DNA from: a candidate division FCPU426 bacterium | GTDB taxonomy: Bacteria > Oederibacteriota > Muellerivitia > Muellerivitales > Muellerivitaceae | NCBI GenBank assembly: GCA_963830915.1 | Contig: CAWHOE010000050.1 | Location: 1-30,927 of the forward strand | Direction of reading: 5' to 3' | DNA: 30,927 bases | Shown: positions 1 to 8,453 of the stretch, piece after piece | How positions within the stretch are numbered: position 1 is the stretch's first letter | How the letters are laid out: every line of letters begins with the position of its first letter | The notes under the pieces: model-generated | The model's input: only the letters and a program-made list of their open reading frames with translations | The model's database searches: none | Told to the model about the DNA's origin: nothing | Made by a program: the position numbers and the translations under genes

Positions 1-2
1 AC

Positions 3-584
3 AGCAGGAACCGTCAGAAGAAGGAGGAACAGGAGGCCGAGATGAGCCGGGATAAAAAAGTACTGGACGCTTTTTGCTACACGGGAGGCGCTTCCATCCA
101 GGCGGCCCTGGCTGGAGCGGCGGAAGTGGTGGGCATCGAAGCCAGCCAGACGGCTTTGGACGAGGCGGCCCTGAACGCCGAGGCGAACGGCGTGGGCGGG
201 AAAATCCGTTTCCAGAAGCAAGATACTTTCCAGGCCCTGAAGGAATTGCGAAAGACGGAGGGAGCTTTCGACGGGATCCTGTTGGACCCGCCGCCCTTGG
301 CGAAAAGCGCCCACGACATCCCTGCGGCCAGGCTGGCTTTCAAACGAATGGTCTCCCAGGCCCTGGGGCTTTTGAACCCCGGAGGGTTCCTGATCCTGTC
401 CACCTGTTCCCATCATTTTTCATGGAACCTGCTGGAGGGAGTGACGAGGGAAGCGACCGAGGACTCGGGAAGATCTTTCCGATTGTTGGAAAGGCTCACC
501 CAGCCCCAAGACCATCCCATCGTCCTTTCCATACCCGAGACCGAATATTTAAGGGCCTTGGTCCTGACAGAAGCGGACTTTTAA
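3..584 (+). CDS. Class I SAM-dependent rRNA methyltransferase, RlmI/RlmK-like (C-terminal part, 5'-truncated by the window edge)
   Basis: Motifs VLDAFCYTGG (SAM binding), FDGILLDPP, LSTCSHH and DHP...PETEYL are typical of the RlmI (m5C1962) family. The frame is open to the left edge and the N-terminal PUA domain is missing. Confidence 0.85.
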   Translation, partial: SRNRQKKEEQEAEMSRDKKVLDAFCYTGGASIQAALAGAAEVVGIEASQTALDEAALNAEANGVGGKIRFQKQDTFQALKELRKTEGAFDGILLDPPPLAKSAHDIPAARLAFKRMVSQALGLLNPGGFLILSTCSHHFSWNLLEGVTREATEDSGRSFRLLERLTQPQDHPIVLSIPETEYLRALVLTEADF

Positions 585-601
585 AACCAAAATCATTTTA
601 A

Positions 602-629
602 CCACAGATGAACACAGATATACACAGAT
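602..629 (+). repeat. Left flank repeat: three 10-bp-period CACAGAT units (CCACAGATGAACACAGATATACACAGAT)
   Basis: CACAGAT occurs at 603, 613 and 623. The ATG of the GxxExxY gene (628-630) overlaps the third unit. Confidence 0.95.
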
Positions 630-990
630 GGAAACGAACCAAATAACTGAAAAAATCATTGGGTGTGTTTATCGGATAAGTAATTCTTTAGGAGTCGGTT
701 TCTTAGAGAAGGTCTATGAAAACGCTTTGGCCTATGAGCTGAGGAAGAACGGGCTGAGTGTTCAACAACAGTTCCCTATCCAAGTGAAATACGAAGGAAT
801 GGTTGTGGGTGAATATATTGCAGACCTTTTGGTTGAAAAAGAAGTTCTTGTAGAATTAAAAGCGGTCAAGGAATTGGATAAAATCCATGAAGCGCAATGT
901 ATCAATTATTTAAAGGCGACCGGGTTTCGAATTTGTCTTTTAATTAATCTAGGAAAAACCAAAGCGGATGTTGTAAGAATCATGCTTTAA
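628..990 (+). CDS. GxxExxY protein (PD-(D/E)XK nuclease-fold family, PDDEXK_3)
   Basis: 120 aa with GFLEKVY signature, then ADLLVE...VELKAV...HEAQCINYLKATG...LINLG. Visibly more AT-rich than neighbouring genes. Confidence 0.95.
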   Translation: METNQITEKIIGCVYRISNSLGVGFLEKVYENALAYELRKNGLSVQQQFPIQVKYEGMVVGEYIADLLVEKEVLVELKAVKELDKIHEAQCINYLKATGFRICLLINLGKTKADVVRIML

Positions 991-1099
991 ATCTGTGTTC
1001 ATGCCGACCTTTCAAGAAACATATAAAGAGGTCGGTATCGTACCGATTTCCTTAAAAATATTCTCAAAAGAAAATCGGCACATCTGTGTTCATCTGTGG
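991..1099 (-). repeat. Right flank repeat (inverted copy of the left repeat), interrupted by an insertion
   Basis: ATCTGTGTTCA (991-1001) and CATCTGTGTTCATCTGTGG (1081-1099). Removing 1002-1080 and one CA gives a 28-mer whose reverse complement matches 602-629 at 26/28 positions. Confidence 0.9.
1002..1080. mobile_element. Putative 79-bp non-autonomous mini-element (MITE/REP-like) with TGCCGA...TCGGCA ends and a CA target duplication
   Basis: Terminal inverted 6-mers, with CA at both 1000-1001 and 1081-1082. Two internal hairpin units (1002-1037 and 1041-1080) lie in inverted orientation around TCGGTA-tcg-TACCGA. Confidence 0.6.
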
Positions 1100-1134
1100 C
1101 AAATTAGTCTTGAAATTTTAAGGGGTTTTGAAAA

Positions 1135-2278
1135 ATGAAAGTACTTGTCACGGGTTGCGCCGGCTTTATCGGTTCCCATGTGGTGGAACGGCTCTTGAAA
1201 GAGGGCCATGAGGTCATGGGAGTGGATAATTTCGATATCTATTACTCCCGGAGCCAAAAAGAAAAGAATCTTCTTCCCCTTTTATTGCATCCCAATTTCA
1301 AACTGGAGGAAGAGAACCTGGCCACCATGGCCCTGGTAAAAGTGCTCAAGGGTACGGAGGCTATCATCCACCTGGCAGGCCAGCCCGGAGTGCGCGGTAC
1401 CTGGGGGACCTCCTTTCACCGCTATATCACCAATAATCTGCACGTCACCCAGCGCCTGCTGGAAGAATCCAAGGGCAACAAATTGAAACGATTCGTTTAC
1501 GCATCCTCTTCCTCCGTCTATGGGGACGTCGGGGAGGTGCTTCATGAGGAAATAAAAATCCAGCCCCAGGAGCCCCTATGGGGTCACCAAACTGGCCGCC
1601 GAGCATTTGTGCCAACTTTACCACCAGGAATACAAAATGCCCACGGTCGCTTTGCGGTTCTTCTCGGTCTATGGGCCGGGACAAAGACCCGACATGGCCT
1701 TCCACCGTTTCTGCCAGAACATTCTTAGGGACGCGCCCCTCACCATCTATGGGGACGGGAACCAAGTGAGGGATTTCACTTTCGTGGATGACATCACCGA
1801 GATCGTCTGCGCCGCCTTGACGGCCGATGTGGCCGGACAGGTGGTCAATGTGGGCGGCGGCTCGCCCTGCACTTTGCTGGAGGCGATAACGACCCTGGAG
1901 GAGATCAGCGGTAAAACCTGCCTCAAGACCTTCCTGGAACGCCAGAAGGGCGATGTGTTCTCCACCCGGGCGGACACCACGAAGCTGGAGAGGTTGTTCG
2001 GCGTCAAACCCAAGACCCCCTTGCGGGAAGGTCTGGCCCTGGAATGGGAATGGATGAAGAAATTCGTCCAGAGCGAGGATGACGAGCACGCGATCAAGGC
2101 GAATATCCAACCCATCGTCGGGGTGGACCAGGCCGTCCTGGCCGAGGCCAAGGCTGATGAGAAGGCCACCAAGAAAGCGGCCAAAAAAGCCGCGAAGGCC
2201 GCCAAGGCCGCCAAAGAGACCAAGCAAGAGAGCATCGACCTTCCTGAAACGAACGCCGAGGAAAAACCGGAAGTCTGA
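1135..2278 (+). CDS. NAD-dependent epimerase/dehydratase (UDP-glucuronate 4-epimerase-like), split by a +1 frameshift
   Basis: VTGCAGFIG, HLAGQPGVR and ASSSSVYG in ORF 1135. SPYGVTK (YxxxK), RFFSVYGPGQRPDMA and RDFTFVDD in the frame of ORF 1607. Deleting one C from the C4 run at 1564-1567 fuses them (QPRSPYGVTK), so this is likely a homopolymer error. Confidence 0.9.
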
Positions 2279-2307
2279 AGGCTTAGTGGTTCGCAAGGAG
2301 GTGGGGG

Positions 2308-3462
2308 ATGGCCCGTCGACTCAAGATAGCCCATGTCATCACCCGCCTGGAGTTGGGAGGGGCCCAGCAGAACACGCTCTATTGTTGTACCTATCACGAC
2401 CGCCGGAAGTATGAGGTTCTCCTCATTTGCGGGATAGGCGGATACCTGGATGGCGAGGCCAAGAAGATCAAGGACCTCAAGATCCATTTTCTTCCCGAAC
2501 TAAAACATCCCATCAGCCCAATATGGGATATGAAGGCCTTGGGACGCATCACCGATATCCTTCGGTCCGAAAAAGTGGACTTGGTCCACACCCATAGCTC
2601 CAAAGCGGGCATCCTGGGAAGATGGGCGGCCCGAAGGGCCGGGATTCCCCACATCGTCCATACGGTCCATGGCTGGGGTTTTTACCCCGGGCAATTCCTC
2701 CTGATCAAAAAGGTCTACCAAACACTGGAACGATGGGCCGCGACATTCACCGACAGGATCATCACGGTCAGTCAAGATAACCAGAAGGAAGGATTGGATT
2801 GTGGTATCGGCCGGGAAAACCAATACCGGGTCATCCATAGCGGGATCGATCCAAAACTTTACAGGCTCTCCCCGCAAAAGATCCGCGCGGCGAAGGCAAA
2901 ATGGGGAACCTTGAAGAGGCCATCCGTTCTGATCCTTTCCAATTTCAAGAAACAAAAATCCCCGATGGATGTGGTGGACACAGCGCAAGCTCTGGTGAAA
3001 AAGATCCCCGATGTTCTTTTCCTTTGGGCCGGTGACGGGCCCCTTCGGGACAAGGTCGAGGCTGAAATCGGGAGAAGAGGATTGAAAAGTAATTTCAGCT
3101 TATTGGGATGGAGCGAGGAGGTGGCCCAGCTTTTGGCCGCTGCGGACGCCCTTTTGTTGACCTCCCTTCATGAGGGACTTCCCCGGGTTGTCCTCCAGGC
3201 CATGGCGGTCCAAAGACCCGTGGTCGCGACCGCGGTTAATGGGACACCCGAAGCGGTCAAGGATGGGGTGACCGGGTATTTGCACGGACCCCACGATCCA
3301 CGGGCCATGGCTGAGAGCCTGCGCAAAATACTGGCGGATAGGACCCTGGGCCGCCGGATGGGCGAGGCCGGATGCCGGTCCCTCAAGGGGTCCTTCCAAA
3401 TCGGCGTTATGCTCCAACAAATCGAGAAGCTTTACGATGAATTGACCCTCCGAAAGAAGTAG
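2308..3462 (+). CDS. Glycosyltransferase family 4 (GT-B)
   Basis: HVITRLELGGAQ, VHTHSSKAG, HTVHG and EGLPRVVLQAM...GTPEAVKDGVTG. SD GGAGGT upstream. Confidence 0.93.
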   Translation: MARRLKIAHVITRLELGGAQQNTLYCCTYHDRRKYEVLLICGIGGYLDGEAKKIKDLKIHFLPELKHPISPIWDMKALGRITDILRSEKVDLVHTHSSKAGILGRWAARRAGIPHIVHTVHGWGFYPGQFLLIKKVYQTLERWAATFTDRIITVSQDNQKEGLDCGIGRENQYRVIHSGIDPKLYRLSPQKIRAAKAKWGTLKRPSVLILSNFKKQKSPMDVVDTAQALVKKIPDVLFLWAGDGPLRDKVEAEIGRRGLKSNFSLLGWSEEVAQLLAAADALLLTSLHEGLPRVVLQAMAVQRPVVATAVNGTPEAVKDGVTGYLHGPHDPRAMAESLRKILADRTLGRRMGEAGCRSLKGSFQIGVMLQQIEKLYDELTLRKK

Positions 3463-3530
3463 AATGAGCCAAACCCAGCCGGACGAAACCGGCCGGGAAT
3501 CTTCTTAACTTCGGGTCCAAGCGCGAAATC

Positions 3531-5511
3531 ATGAAAGAAACCATCCCATTGTCTTTCCCCAGGGATTGGACTGGCCGGACGGCCGGGTTCCTTCTTCTCG
3601 CCCTGGTGCCCCTGGTGACCCTGATCCCTTATGAGCCCCTGCCGGTATACCTGACCCAGGACCTGGTCCTGCGTTGGGCTTCCTTGTTTGTGTTCCTTCT
3701 TTGCGTTCTTCAAACCCTTTCCCGAACCAAGATCCTTTCCTCCTTACATCTGGACATTTTCAACATCCTGATCCTTCTATTGGGGGGCTGGGTCCTTCTT
3801 TCGGTGAAGAATTCCCAGCAGGCCTTCAACAGCTTTTACGCGTTCAAGAGTTTCTTGGCCCTCGTCCTCTTCTGGTTCTCATTCCGGATGATCTGGGAAA
3901 GATGGGGCGAGCTTTACGCCTGGTTCGAACGGATCTTTTTCCTGACCGCCCTGGCGGCCGGGTTATGGGTCTTCATTACCACCGCCGGAAGATGGTTTTG
4001 GTTCGACTTTTTCTCAAGAATAGTTCCCCGGGAAGGTCCTTTTCCCAATCCCAATATCGCCGCGGGGTTCCTGGGGCTAGCTTTGATCTGGGGAGTCCAT
4101 AAATGGCTGAACCTGGAAAAAGATATCCCTGGCGGGTCTGGGGTTCTTACTGGTTTGTTGGGGTCTGACGGAGAGCCGGGGCGCTTTTGTCGCCCTGGTG
4201 GTGATCTTTATCCTTTACCTGGTCCTTCACATGAAGGAGATCGAAAGACATCTTTCTGAATGGAAGCTTTCCCAATGGCTGGCTTTCGGCGGGGTGGCCC
4301 TATTCGTTGTGGTGGCCATATCGTTGATGGTGAACCGTATCTTGAACGCCGAGGAGGCGGACCCCCGATCCAACTTCCGTATCGATATCTGGGTGAGCAG
4401 TTTCAAGATGGCGATGGCCCAGCCCTTGTTCGGGTTCGGCCCAGGGAACTTCGAGGATGTTTATCCCTTCTTCCGCCCGGAGAAGTTCTGGAATGTTTTC
4501 AACCCATTCGCCCATAACGAGTATCTCCAGGTGGCGGCGGATTGCGGTTTACCATCCCTGGGAGTCATTTTGCTGCTGTTGTGGGTGTTGATGAGGGAAT
4601 TTTCCAGCGTGGTGTTGAGGACCAGCCTTTTTAAGAAATCGCCCCCCGCGATCCAGGCCGCGGAACTGGCGTTCTACCTGTTGGCTTTCGAGGCGCTCCA
4701 CAACTCGGTGGACTTCACTTTCCATGAATGGTCCCATCGCCTGATCTTGATCGGTTTCGTGACCTATGCCCTGAAGGAAAAGAAAAAAGAGGATGATCTC
4801 AAGGTCGACCTGCATTTTTCCCGCCTGACCTTTTTCACCGCTTCGATCCTAGTGGCTGTCTTCATTATCTGGACCTTGGGGTTGGGCGCTTTGAGGGATT
4901 ATTCGGCCCGGATCGAGGGTTTCAAGGCTAACCTGCTCCAACGGCAGGGGGACCTGGACGGCGCGGAGTTCTACGCCCAAAAGAGCCTGAAGTGGCGGGC
5001 CAGTTACATGGACGCCTTGAATACCCTGGGCGTCGTCGAGGAAACCAGGGCCCTGGCCACCAAAGGATTCACGGCCCGGGAAAAACATTTCCAACTGGCC
5101 GATGATTATTTCCAGAAGGCCATCCAAAGCAGTCCCTATTCCTCGGACCCAAGGGAAAACCAGATCCAGAGCCTGGCCCTTAGGGGAAGGCTGTTCCAGG
5201 CGATCGACCTGCAGAACCAGCTCATCGCTAAGGGGCCGGATTTGCCAACCAATTATTGGAGCCTGGGTTCCCTTTATCTGAAGGTGGGGAAGCCGAGCGA
5301 AGCACTGAAACCGGCCCAGCAGATGATCGACAAGTACCCGACTTTCCTGCCCGGGTATCTGCTGAAGGCCCAGGCTTTGGAGACCTTGGGCCGCAAGAAG
5401 GACGCGCTTCAGACCTATCAGTCCGCACAGAACATGCTCCGATCCCTGAACATGGCCGACCCCTCGGGTCAAGTGGAGCCCGGCATCCAGAGGCTTCAAG
5501 GGCATTCCTGA
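3531..5511 (+). CDS. O-antigen ligase (Wzy_C)-family membrane protein with C-terminal TPRs, split by a +1 frameshift
   Basis: Multiple TM segments, GPFPNPN, R..IW...PLFGFGPGNF and AHNEYLQ...CG, followed by TPR-like helices. Removing one A from the A5 run at 4117-4121 joins ORFs 3531 and 4198 through LTESRGA, a Wzy_C-type T/SxSRG motif. Confidence 0.85.
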
Positions 5512-7589
5512 TGAAAGAATCGTCCCGAAGGTTCAAAACCAATTGGGACTGGGTCCTCGGGGCCACTCTCTTCCTAGGCTTGATCATCCTCAACGGCTTT
5601 CTGGTCTCTCCTTATATAGGCTGGTACGATTCGGGTGAAATGATCGGGACCACCCTTTGCCTGGGTATCTCCCATCCCAGCGGTCAGGTCCTTTACCACT
5701 TACTGGGAAAGATCATCCTCTTGCTTCCTTGGGGAAGCCCAGCCTGGCGGTTAGGCTTTTTGTCCGTGATCCTTTCAGCTCTTTCCTCGGTCTTGTTCTG
5801 GAATCTCGGGCTCAAGTTAACGGATAAAGTCCTGGGTTCCGTTGGGAAACCCTTGCCGGGCCTATGGAAGGTCTGTCTACTGCTCCTAACACTTATCTGG
5901 AGTCTCAGCCTCCCCTGGTGGACCTACTCCCTCACGCCATTGGTCTACGCTCTGCACCTGCTGTTGGCTTTGCTGGTGGTCTGGGCGGTCAGTCTGGAAA
6001 GACCAGGCAAGTGGTGGCTGGTCTTTTTTCTGGTTGGATCGGCGACGGTTTTCCGGCCCACCCAGTTCTTCGCCCTGCCATTCGTAGGGCTGGCCTTTCT
6101 TTGGGAACGGTGGAAGGTTCGTGATCTATCCCTGCGGAACTTGCTGACCGCCGTCGTGTTTTTTGGACTGGGCCGAAGCACCCTTCTCTATCTACCCCTG
6201 CGTTCAGCCCTTCATCCCGCCATCGCCTACGCGGACCTGACCCATCCGATGGCCCTGGTCCGGCACGTGTTCGCGGCGCGCTTTTCCCATTATGTCGGAA
6301 CGGTCAACCTTTCCTCGATCCTGTCGGTGTTGGGTCATATGGTTTCCCGCTTTTGGACCGATCTGACCCCCTTGGGGGTAGGGTTGATACTGGCCGGGCT
6401 CATCGCCGCGGTCAGTCTGAGGAAAAAATGTCCTGTCTTTTTATGGGTCGCCCTGGGTTGGGGTTTATTGGAAGGTTTGTTCGTTTTCACCATCCCTTTC
6501 CCAACTTTCGAGCCCCACCAAGTCCTTCTGGGATGGGTTTTTAGCGGATGGTTGGCAATGATCCCCCTGGTTTGGGTGATGAAGCGTTGGAAAGGAAGCG
6601 CCGCCGGATCCTGGACGGTGGGGGCGCTGCTCCTGCTCTGGACGATCGTTCAGTTATCCCAGGTAGGCCATTTTGTCGACCGCCGGGACCAGCGAGGCGC
6701 CCAGGATTACGCCAGGGATTTGCTTCAGATCATGGAACCGGGCTCTCTCTATTATCCCGCCGAAGAGAACGAATATTTCCCCGTCGTGGGCTATCAAAGG
6801 TCTTTTGGGAACGATAAGAACATCGATCTCATCGAGCCAGGCACTGACCCGTCGGTGATAGGCCCCAAGATAATCTCGACGCTTGCCCAAGGTCGGACCC
6901 TTTATGTGACCCGCAAATGGGACCTTCCTCCAGGATGGTCTTACGAGAATGTCGGGCCGATTTTCAAGGTCGTAAGGCTCTTGAAAGACAAGGAGGGGAG
7001 GAGGGTATCCCCTAACGCCCTCTGCCTGGCTTCCTGGGGAAAATTCAGATTGCTGGGGTTGGACATCCAACCCGGTCGGGTCAAGGCAGGTGACGCGGTC
7101 ACCATGACCTATCGCTGGACCCGTTCGGGACCAAGTCCCCAGGACGATTCGGATATGGTCGTGGCGCTTTTGGTGGACGGCCAGGGGAACTATCTGACCC
7201 GGGACGGGGTTTTCTGGGTCCATGATATCCGGGAAGTTCCGACGGGAAGCTTGTACCGAGTTCCGGTCGGAAGGGAAACGGTGGAAAAAAGAGTGTTGTT
7301 CATCCCCTCCGATTATCCGCCTGGCTCCTATCAATGGATGGTGGGGCTGCAGCGTAAAGTCCCCGTTCGCAATGAGGGAAAGGAAGCCTTCGATCGGGAA
7401 TTTTACGACCGAGCTTCCGCCCAAGACCTGGAGAAGTTCCGGGGCAGGGGTGAGAAAACGGCCTTGGTACAATTCACCAATGAGAGCCTGGGGAACGGTC
7501 TGTGGCCTTTGACCCAGGGATCGACCCTGGGCGTGGATGGGCGTTTTTCGGCCGTTTCCACCTTGGAGATCCAAAAGCCCGATCCTTAA
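5511..7589 (+). CDS. DUF2723 / TMEM260-like GT-C membrane protein (putative protein O-glycosyltransferase)
   Basis: YDSGE...LGISHPSGQVLY resembles the DUF2723 N-terminal motif, with YLPLRSA, many TM segments and a C-terminal soluble domain. ATG at 5511 overlaps the upstream TGA (TGATG), so it is the likely start rather than 5256. Confidence 0.8.
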   Translation: MKESSRRFKTNWDWVLGATLFLGLIILNGFLVSPYIGWYDSGEMIGTTLCLGISHPSGQVLYHLLGKIILLLPWGSPAWRLGFLSVILSALSSVLFWNLGLKLTDKVLGSVGKPLPGLWKVCLLLLTLIWSLSLPWWTYSLTPLVYALHLLLALLVVWAVSLERPGKWWLVFFLVGSATVFRPTQFFALPFVGLAFLWERWKVRDLSLRNLLTAVVFFGLGRSTLLYLPLRSALHPAIAYADLTHPMALVRHVFAARFSHYVGTVNLSSILSVLGHMVSRFWTDLTPLGVGLILAGLIAAVSLRKKCPVFLWVALGWGLLEGLFVFTIPFPTFEPHQVLLGWVFSGWLAMIPLVWVMKRWKGSAAGSWTVGALLLLWTIVQLSQVGHFVDRRDQRGAQDYARDLLQIMEPGSLYYPAEENEYFPVVGYQRSFGNDKNIDLIEPGTDPSVIGPKIISTLAQGRTLYVTRKWDLPPGWSYENVGPIFKVVRLLKDKEGRRVSPNALCLASWGKFRLLGLDIQPGRVKAGDAVTMTYRWTRSGPSPQDDSDMVVALLVDGQGNYLTRDGVFWVHDIREVPTGSLYRVPVGRETVEKRVLFIPSDYPPGSYQWMVGLQRKVPVRNEGKEAFDREFYDRASAQDLEKFRGRGEKTALVQFTNESLGNGLWPLTQGSTLGVDGRFSAVSTLEIQKPDP

Positions 7590-7637
7590 TGGTTCGATCC
7601 CTGCTTTTGAACTGGATGGGGTTATTCGCCGGTTGTT

Positions 7638-7666
7638 TTGCTTTTTGGGGAGTTGAGGTTTAAAAT
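7638..7666 (+). promoter_or_regulatory. Putative sigma-70 promoter
   Basis: TTGCTT-17 bp-TAAAAT upstream of 7704. Confidence 0.5.
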
Positions 7667-7703
7667 ACGCCCTTTCCAGATCAATCATTTTTAGGGGAGT
7701 CCC

Positions 7704-8399
7704 ATGACCGAACCAGCCAAAAGACAATTCGTGAATTTCGCCTTCTTCAAGATCGCCGAGGATTTTCGGGGCTTAAGCGTCCTCAAACGCCAGGCGGCCA
7801 AGAAGTCCATCGCCAAGATCGCCGCCAATTTCCAGAAGGACGGCATCCTGTTGGCCTACTCGACAGTGGGGTTCCGAGCGGATGTGGACCTGATGTTCTG
7901 GCGCATCAGCTACGACCTGGACAGTTTCCAACGAATGAACTCCGAGTTGTTCAAGAGCGCCATGGGGCCCTATTTGCGGACGCCCGCCTCCTACCTGGCC
8001 ATGACCAAGCGCAGTACCTATATCGAGAAGCACGTGCATGAGGGACAGGACGGGGGACGGGCCAGCATTGTGCCAGGAAAATACAAGTACATCTTCGTCT
8101 ATCCCTTCGTGAAGACCCGGGAATGGTACCTGCTATCCAAGGAAGACCGGCAAAGGGTGATGGACGAGCATATCCGAGTGGGAAATCTATTTCCTACGGT
8201 CAAACTCAACACGACCTATTCCTTCGGATTGGACGACCAGGATTTCGTGGTGGCTTTTGAGTCCGACGAGCCCAAGGATTTCCTGGACCTGGTGATGGCC
8301 CTGCGCGAAACCGAGGGGTCCAAGTACACGGTGCGGGACACGCCGATTTACACTTGTAAACTCATGCCCGTCCAACAAGCTTTGGACCTGATCGGCTGA
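7704..8399 (+). CDS. Chlorite dismutase family protein, probably coproheme decarboxylase (ChdC/HemQ)-like
   Basis: YSTVGFRADVDLMFW, YPFVKTREWYLL, EH (proximal His) and SFGLDDQDFVVAFE. Leu stands at the position of the Cld catalytic Arg (VKLNTTYS). Confidence 0.85.
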   Translation: MTEPAKRQFVNFAFFKIAEDFRGLSVLKRQAAKKSIAKIAANFQKDGILLAYSTVGFRADVDLMFWRISYDLDSFQRMNSELFKSAMGPYLRTPASYLAMTKRSTYIEKHVHEGQDGGRASIVPGKYKYIFVYPFVKTREWYLLSKEDRQRVMDEHIRVGNLFPTVKLNTTYSFGLDDQDFVVAFESDEPKDFLDLVMALRETEGSKYTVRDTPIYTCKLMPVQQALDLIG

Positions 8400-8453
8400 G
8401 AGGGACCGTTATTTATTGTGGAGTGTTTTAGCGCGGGAAGAAACGGGATATTT

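Noticed and set aside
602..1099. CACAGAT repeats as a CRISPR array
   Set aside because: The units are 10 bp, tandem, have no unique spacers and are inverted across a gene. No cas genes are present.
1564..4121. Programmed frameshifting, phase variation or pseudogenisation in the epimerase and Wzy_C genes
   Set aside because: Both shifts are single extra bases in short homopolymers (C4, A5) in data that carry a nanopore adapter signature, so sequencing error is the simpler explanation.
5256..5510. N-terminal extension of the 777-aa ORF overlapping the TPR gene
   Set aside because: It is an alternate-frame overlap. The coupled ATG at 5511 precedes the first TM segment and is the better start.
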